In this document: one piece after another, positions 28,900 to 32,000 of the stretch
Numbering within the stretch: position 1 is the stretch's first letter
How the letters are laid out: every line of letters starts with the position of its first letter
Assembly: GCF_000341395.1 (NCBI RefSeq)
Contig: NC_020304.1
Coordinates: forward strand, 840,001 to 872,000
Source: Desulfocapsa sulfexigens DSM 10523
GTDB lineage: Bacteria > Desulfobacterota > Desulfobulbia > Desulfobulbales > Desulfocapsaceae
Direction: 5' to 3'
DNA length: 32,000 nt
The notes under the pieces: generated by a model
Seen by the model: only the letters and a program-made list of their open reading frames with translations
The model's database searches: none
What the model was told of the DNA's origin: nothing
Translations under genes and position numbers: made by a program

Positions 28900-29810
28900 C
28901 TGCTGAGCCTCCTTCTTCTGTTGCCAAAGAAATTCAACAGTGGCGGCACATAGGACTGGTCAGTGGAGAGATCGAGAAGATCGACACCCGCCGAGCGAAT
29001 AGCTTTATTGAGTGTTTTTCTTCTGTCGGCTGCAAGCTCCGCATAGCCTCGACGCACAGAAGGGTCAGAGGTGTCGAGTTCTACCTGAACTCCACTCTCA
29101 GCATCTTCAATGGTGAGCCAGCCCACATCGGGGAGGGTATGCTCACGCGGATCCGAAATAATCATGGCGATTAAATCATGGCGACGGTTACTCACCTGCA
29201 GTTTCGGCTGCAGAGCTGTTAAGGCCTTTTCGAAATCACCGGGTAGACAGAAATCTGAAATAAGAAAGGTGACACATTTACGCCTGGCAACTTCATTTAC
29301 AAAATCAAGGGGAACAATCAGGTCTGTTTTCCGGCCCTGGGGCTGAAAGAAGAGGATCTCCCGAATAAGTCTGAGGATATGTGATCGTCCTTTTTTGGGC
29401 GGGATATACAGCTCCACAAAATCTGAGAAAAGAATCAGACCAACTTTGTCATTATTACGAACAGCCGAGAAGGCAAGCACTGAGCCGATCTCAGCCATAA
29501 CTTCCCGTTTAGAACTTGCAGCGGAACCAAAATCTCCTGAACCGGAAATATCAATCAGCAGCATAATGGTGAGTTCCCGCTCTTCGGTAAACTTTTTGAT
29601 ATGGGGTACCCCTGTTCGTGCCGTAACATTCCAGTCAATGGTTCGAATTTCATCTCCCGGCACATATTCCCGGACCTCGTCAAAATTCATACCTCGTCCC
29701 TTAAAAACGGACTGGTAGCTTCCAGCTAGAGTATCGTTGACCAGCCTGCTGGTTCGAACCTCTACCTGACGAACCTTCTTCAGAATTTCCCTGGTGATTT
29801 GCTCTTCCAT
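28896..29810 (-). CDS. DUF58 protein (MoxR-associated, VWA-like fold)
   Basis: Motif GSYQSVFKGRGMNFDEVREYVPGDEIRTIDWNVTAR is typical of DUF58. The track start at 29840 is TTG and would overlap moxR. I prefer the ATG at 29810, 7 nt after the moxR stop. Confidence 0.88.
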   Translation of the reverse strand: MEEQITREILKKVRQVEVRTSRLVNDTLAGSYQSVFKGRGMNFDEVREYVPGDEIRTIDWNVTARTGVPHIKKFTEERELTIMLLIDISGSGDFGSAASSKREVMAEIGSVLAFSAVRNNDKVGLILFSDFVELYIPPKKGRSHILRLIREILFFQPQGRKTDLIVPLDFVNEVARRKCVTFLISDFCLPGDFEKALTALQPKLQVSNRRHDLIAMIISDPREHTLPDVGWLTIEDAESGVQVELDTSDPSVRRGYAELAADRRKTLNKAIRSAGVDLLDLSTDQSYVPPLLNFFGNRRRRLSR

Positions 29811-29817
29811 ATCAACC

Positions 29818-30879
29818 CTATGGGACAGGAACGGTATCAAGAATTTTTCGGATAATATCCTCTGTTGTTATCGCCTCGGCCTCGGCCTCATAACTGATAC
29901 GAATACGATGTCGCATCACATCCATGGCGGCAGATTTCACATCATCGGGTGTTACGTATCCCCGTCCGGCCAAAAAGGCCAGGGCCCGGGAAACGGTTTT
30001 CAAATTAATGGTCGCCCGGGGTGAGGCTCCGGTTTCTATATAGTCGTGAAGATCAAGCTTGAAACTTCTGGGATCACGGGTGGCACAGACGAGCGAAACA
30101 ATATAATCTTTTATTTTGTCATCCATATAAATGCTATCTACCACCCTGCGTGAAGCAAGAATATCATCCGGTCCGACGACAGGATTAACCACAACAACAG
30201 AATCAGTATGATCAACGGCGTCAAGGATCATACGCTCCTGAGTCATGGATGGATAATCCACAATAACCTTCATCATAAACCTGTCTACCTGTGCTTCGGG
30301 CAATGGATAGGTCCCCTCCTGCTCAATGGGATTCTGGGTGGCAAGTACCAGAAAAAGCTCTGGCAGACGAAAGGTCTCGTCTCCAATAGTCACCTGTTTT
30401 TCCTGCATGGCTTCAAGCATGGCAGACTGCACTTTGGCAGGAGCCCTATTGATCTCATCAGCAAGAATAAGCGACGAGAATATTGGTCCCTGCTTGACCT
30501 CAAAAAGCGTATCCTTAGGATTATATATCTGAGTCCCTATAATATCGGCGGGCAGCATATCCGGAGTAAACTGGATACGCTGAAAATCCGTATGTATAAC
30601 CATAGCGAGGGTTTTTACCGCCAGTGTCTTGGCAAGCCCCGGTAATCCCTCCAGCAGGATATGTCCTCCAGTAAGCAATCCCACAAGGAGACGTTCCACC
30701 AGGTGCTCCTGGCCAATTATGGATTTAGCCATCTCCCGACGCAACAGACCAACCCAGGAAGAGCTCGCAACAACGGATTCATTGATAGCCTGAATGGAGG
30801 TATATCCTTCCTGCCGTACTGATTGGGGTGGAAGAGATGCAGATGAAACCGGATTAACAGATCTATTTTGCTCGTTCAT
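29818..30879 (-). CDS. moxR: MoxR-family AAA+ ATPase
   Basis: 353 aa. Walker A-like GLPGLAKT. Walker B LILADEINRA. VLATQNPIEQEGTYPLPEAQVDRF is typical of MoxR/AAA_3 proteins. Confidence 0.93.
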   Translation of the reverse strand: MNEQNRSVNPVSSASLPPQSVRQEGYTSIQAINESVVASSSWVGLLRREMAKSIIGQEHLVERLLVGLLTGGHILLEGLPGLAKTLAVKTLAMVIHTDFQRIQFTPDMLPADIIGTQIYNPKDTLFEVKQGPIFSSLILADEINRAPAKVQSAMLEAMQEKQVTIGDETFRLPELFLVLATQNPIEQEGTYPLPEAQVDRFMMKVIVDYPSMTQERMILDAVDHTDSVVVVNPVVGPDDILASRRVVDSIYMDDKIKDYIVSLVCATRDPRSFKLDLHDYIETGASPRATINLKTVSRALAFLAGRGYVTPDDVKSAAMDVMRHRIRISYEAEAEAITTEDIIRKILDTVPVP

Positions 30880-30941
30880 GGAGACTCCTTTTAACGGAAT
30901 GAGGGTATCTTCTTATCAGGACTAAAGAATACCACAGAAAC

Positions 30942-30969
30942 ATTACCGGAATATTACCGGAACATTACA
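30942..30969. repeat. Tandem direct repeat with 11-bp period (ATTACCGGAAy x2 plus a partial ATTACA) in the divergent promoter region
   Basis: ATTACCGGAA occurs at 30942-30951 and again at 30953-30962, followed by ATTACA at 30964-30969. The repeat lies between the moxR start (30879) and the rhodanese start (31141). Confidence 0.6.
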
Positions 30970-31140
30970 ATGCTGTAATCTTGTACAATTTTCTGCCAAC
31001 GTGTCTTCAGCCACGCATTATTTCACCAAAAACCCTCCGCAGTCCGATACGTTTTAAATTTGTTCATCCAAGCCAATTATGATAACATCATAAATAATCA
31101 TTCACGATCTGTTCTCGATTTTCTGGTTTACTAAGGAACC

Positions 31141-31977
31141 ATGTTTATGAGAAAAATCATTCCGTTTGTCCTTGGCATTTTTCTTTTTCTCCCAACAAAC
31201 TCTTATGCGCTCGAACGCTTTGAAATTTTCACCACCTCTCAATTGATGCAGCTGCTTCAGGACAGAAAGGATGGAAAAACGGACTTTCTTCTCGTCAATG
31301 CCCTTGACGAAATGATCTACCGCCACGCCTTCATCCCCGGTTCGGTGAATATTCCCATCACCCAGTTTGGGCAATATGCTCACAGGCTCGGAAAAGACAA
31401 AAATAAGCTGATAATTTCATACTGAATGGGCTACAGGTGAGTATTCGCCTACAAAATGGCAGTTGCCATTAAAGCAAAAGGGTTCACAAATATTAAAATA
31501 TACAATGGTGGACTGAAGGACTGGATACAATCAGGCAATCCCACGGAATCAATAGAAACCCTTCCAGAAGCAACCGTCCAGTTTATCGATGTCAATCAAT
31601 TAAGGATGCTTCTTTCCGAGGCTGACAAGACAAACTGTATGGATAAAAATGGTAAACCACTTCTTACACTTATTGATTTCCGTTCCTCCAACAGTGATTC
31701 CATAAAAAAAGGGGCAGATAAATATCGGATAGCAACAAAATGCCATACCATTTCAGCATTGCTTGATGAATTTATTGACAACAATAGCCTTATCGAATCC
31801 ATCCCCTTAGAAGGACTTACTATTTCTATCAGTGAGACAGGAAACAGAGACACGTTCCTTATCAGATATCTCTCCAAATGTTGCAGACCTGATATCCGAG
31901 GTCTTAAATACGGTATGAGAAGCTGGATAAAGGCCGGGTATCCTGTGGAAAAAACAGCCCATTCGGACACAAACTAA
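31141..31977 (+). CDS. Exported tandem rhodanese-domain protein read through two in-frame TGA codons (candidate selenoprotein, 278 aa)
   Basis: Track ORFs 31141-31425 and 31456-31977 share one frame (offset 315 nt). The only interruptions are TGA at 31423-31425 and TGA at 31438-31440. The joined sequence ...KNKLIISY-U-MGYR-U-VFAYKMAVAIKAKGFTNIKIYNGGLKDWIQSG forms one complete rhodanese domain, with the first TGA at the catalytic Cys column. The ATG at 31456 has no SD. Signal peptide IIPFVLGIFLFLPTNSYA/LE. AAGGA RBS at 31133-31137. The second domain has Ser at the catalytic column (ISISETGNRD). Confidence 0.65.
31435..31450 (+). promoter_or_regulatory. Candidate SECIS-like hairpin 1 (6-bp stem, GUAU loop); its stem contains the second UGA
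   Basis: Pairs are A31435-U31450, G-C, G-C, U-G, G-C and A31440-U31445. The loop is 31441-31444 and starts 15 nt after the first UGA. Confidence 0.35.
31455..31470 (+). promoter_or_regulatory. Candidate SECIS-like hairpin 2 (6-bp stem, AGUU loop)
   Basis: Pairs are A31455-U31470, A-U, U-A, G-C, G-C and C31460-G31465. The loop is 31461-31464 and starts 20 nt after the second UGA and 35 nt after the first. Confidence 0.35.
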
Positions 31978-32000
31978 ATGCTTAAAAGTCTTCGTGCCAA

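Noticed and set aside
30984-30998. A sigma-54-like element on the minus strand (TGGCAGAAAATTGTA) upstream of moxR.
   Set aside because: The GG-to-GC spacing is one nt short of the TGGCAC-N5-TTGC consensus, and the -12 element reads TTGT rather than TTGC.
31102-31383. A 93-aa minus-strand ORF opposite the rhodanese gene.
   Set aside because: It is antisense to a domain-bearing gene, has no motifs, and would start inside the rhodanese coding region.
31978-32000. An ATG immediately after the rhodanese stop (MLKSLRA...), possibly the next gene.
   Set aside because: Only 23 nt are visible, so it cannot be supported.

Overview
This window looks like chromosome from an anaerobic, deltaproteobacterium-like organism; that taxonomic guess is inferred from protein flavour only. 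I support about 25 genes and recognised no rRNA, tRNA, CRISPR array, transposase or integrase. From left to right the blocks are as follows. (1) A translationally coupled minus-strand operon: small basic protein, TPR protein, and a secreted protein that runs off the left edge. (2) A decayed copy of the 3' end of a DUF2058 (YaiL-like) gene, whose intact copy lies about 12 kb away. (3) Between the two copies, a block made only of signalling genes: a PAS histidine kinase, REC-GGDEF-EAL, a hybrid kinase, a YfiR-like protein, a TonB-dependent receptor and a second hybrid kinase. (4) Housekeeping-type genes: an ABC-F ATPase, a membrane-anchored trypsin-like protease, an acyltransferase-3, an adenylate cyclase with a lipoprotein, and a PlsC-like acyltransferase. 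(5) A complete seven-gene MoxR/DUF58/DUF4381/BatA/BatB-C/BatD/BatE operon. (6) A divergently transcribed exported tandem-rhodanese gene. The strongest lead is this rhodanese gene. The ORF track splits it into two ORFs, but it is one continuous frame interrupted only by two TGA codons five codons apart. The first TGA sits exactly at the catalytic Cys position and the second sits where some rhodanese subfamilies carry a second Cys. Each TGA is followed by a small hairpin with G/U in its loop. That makes it a candidate di-selenocysteine (U-x4-U) active site. Functional calls come from motif recognition by eye and need HMM or BLAST confirmation.
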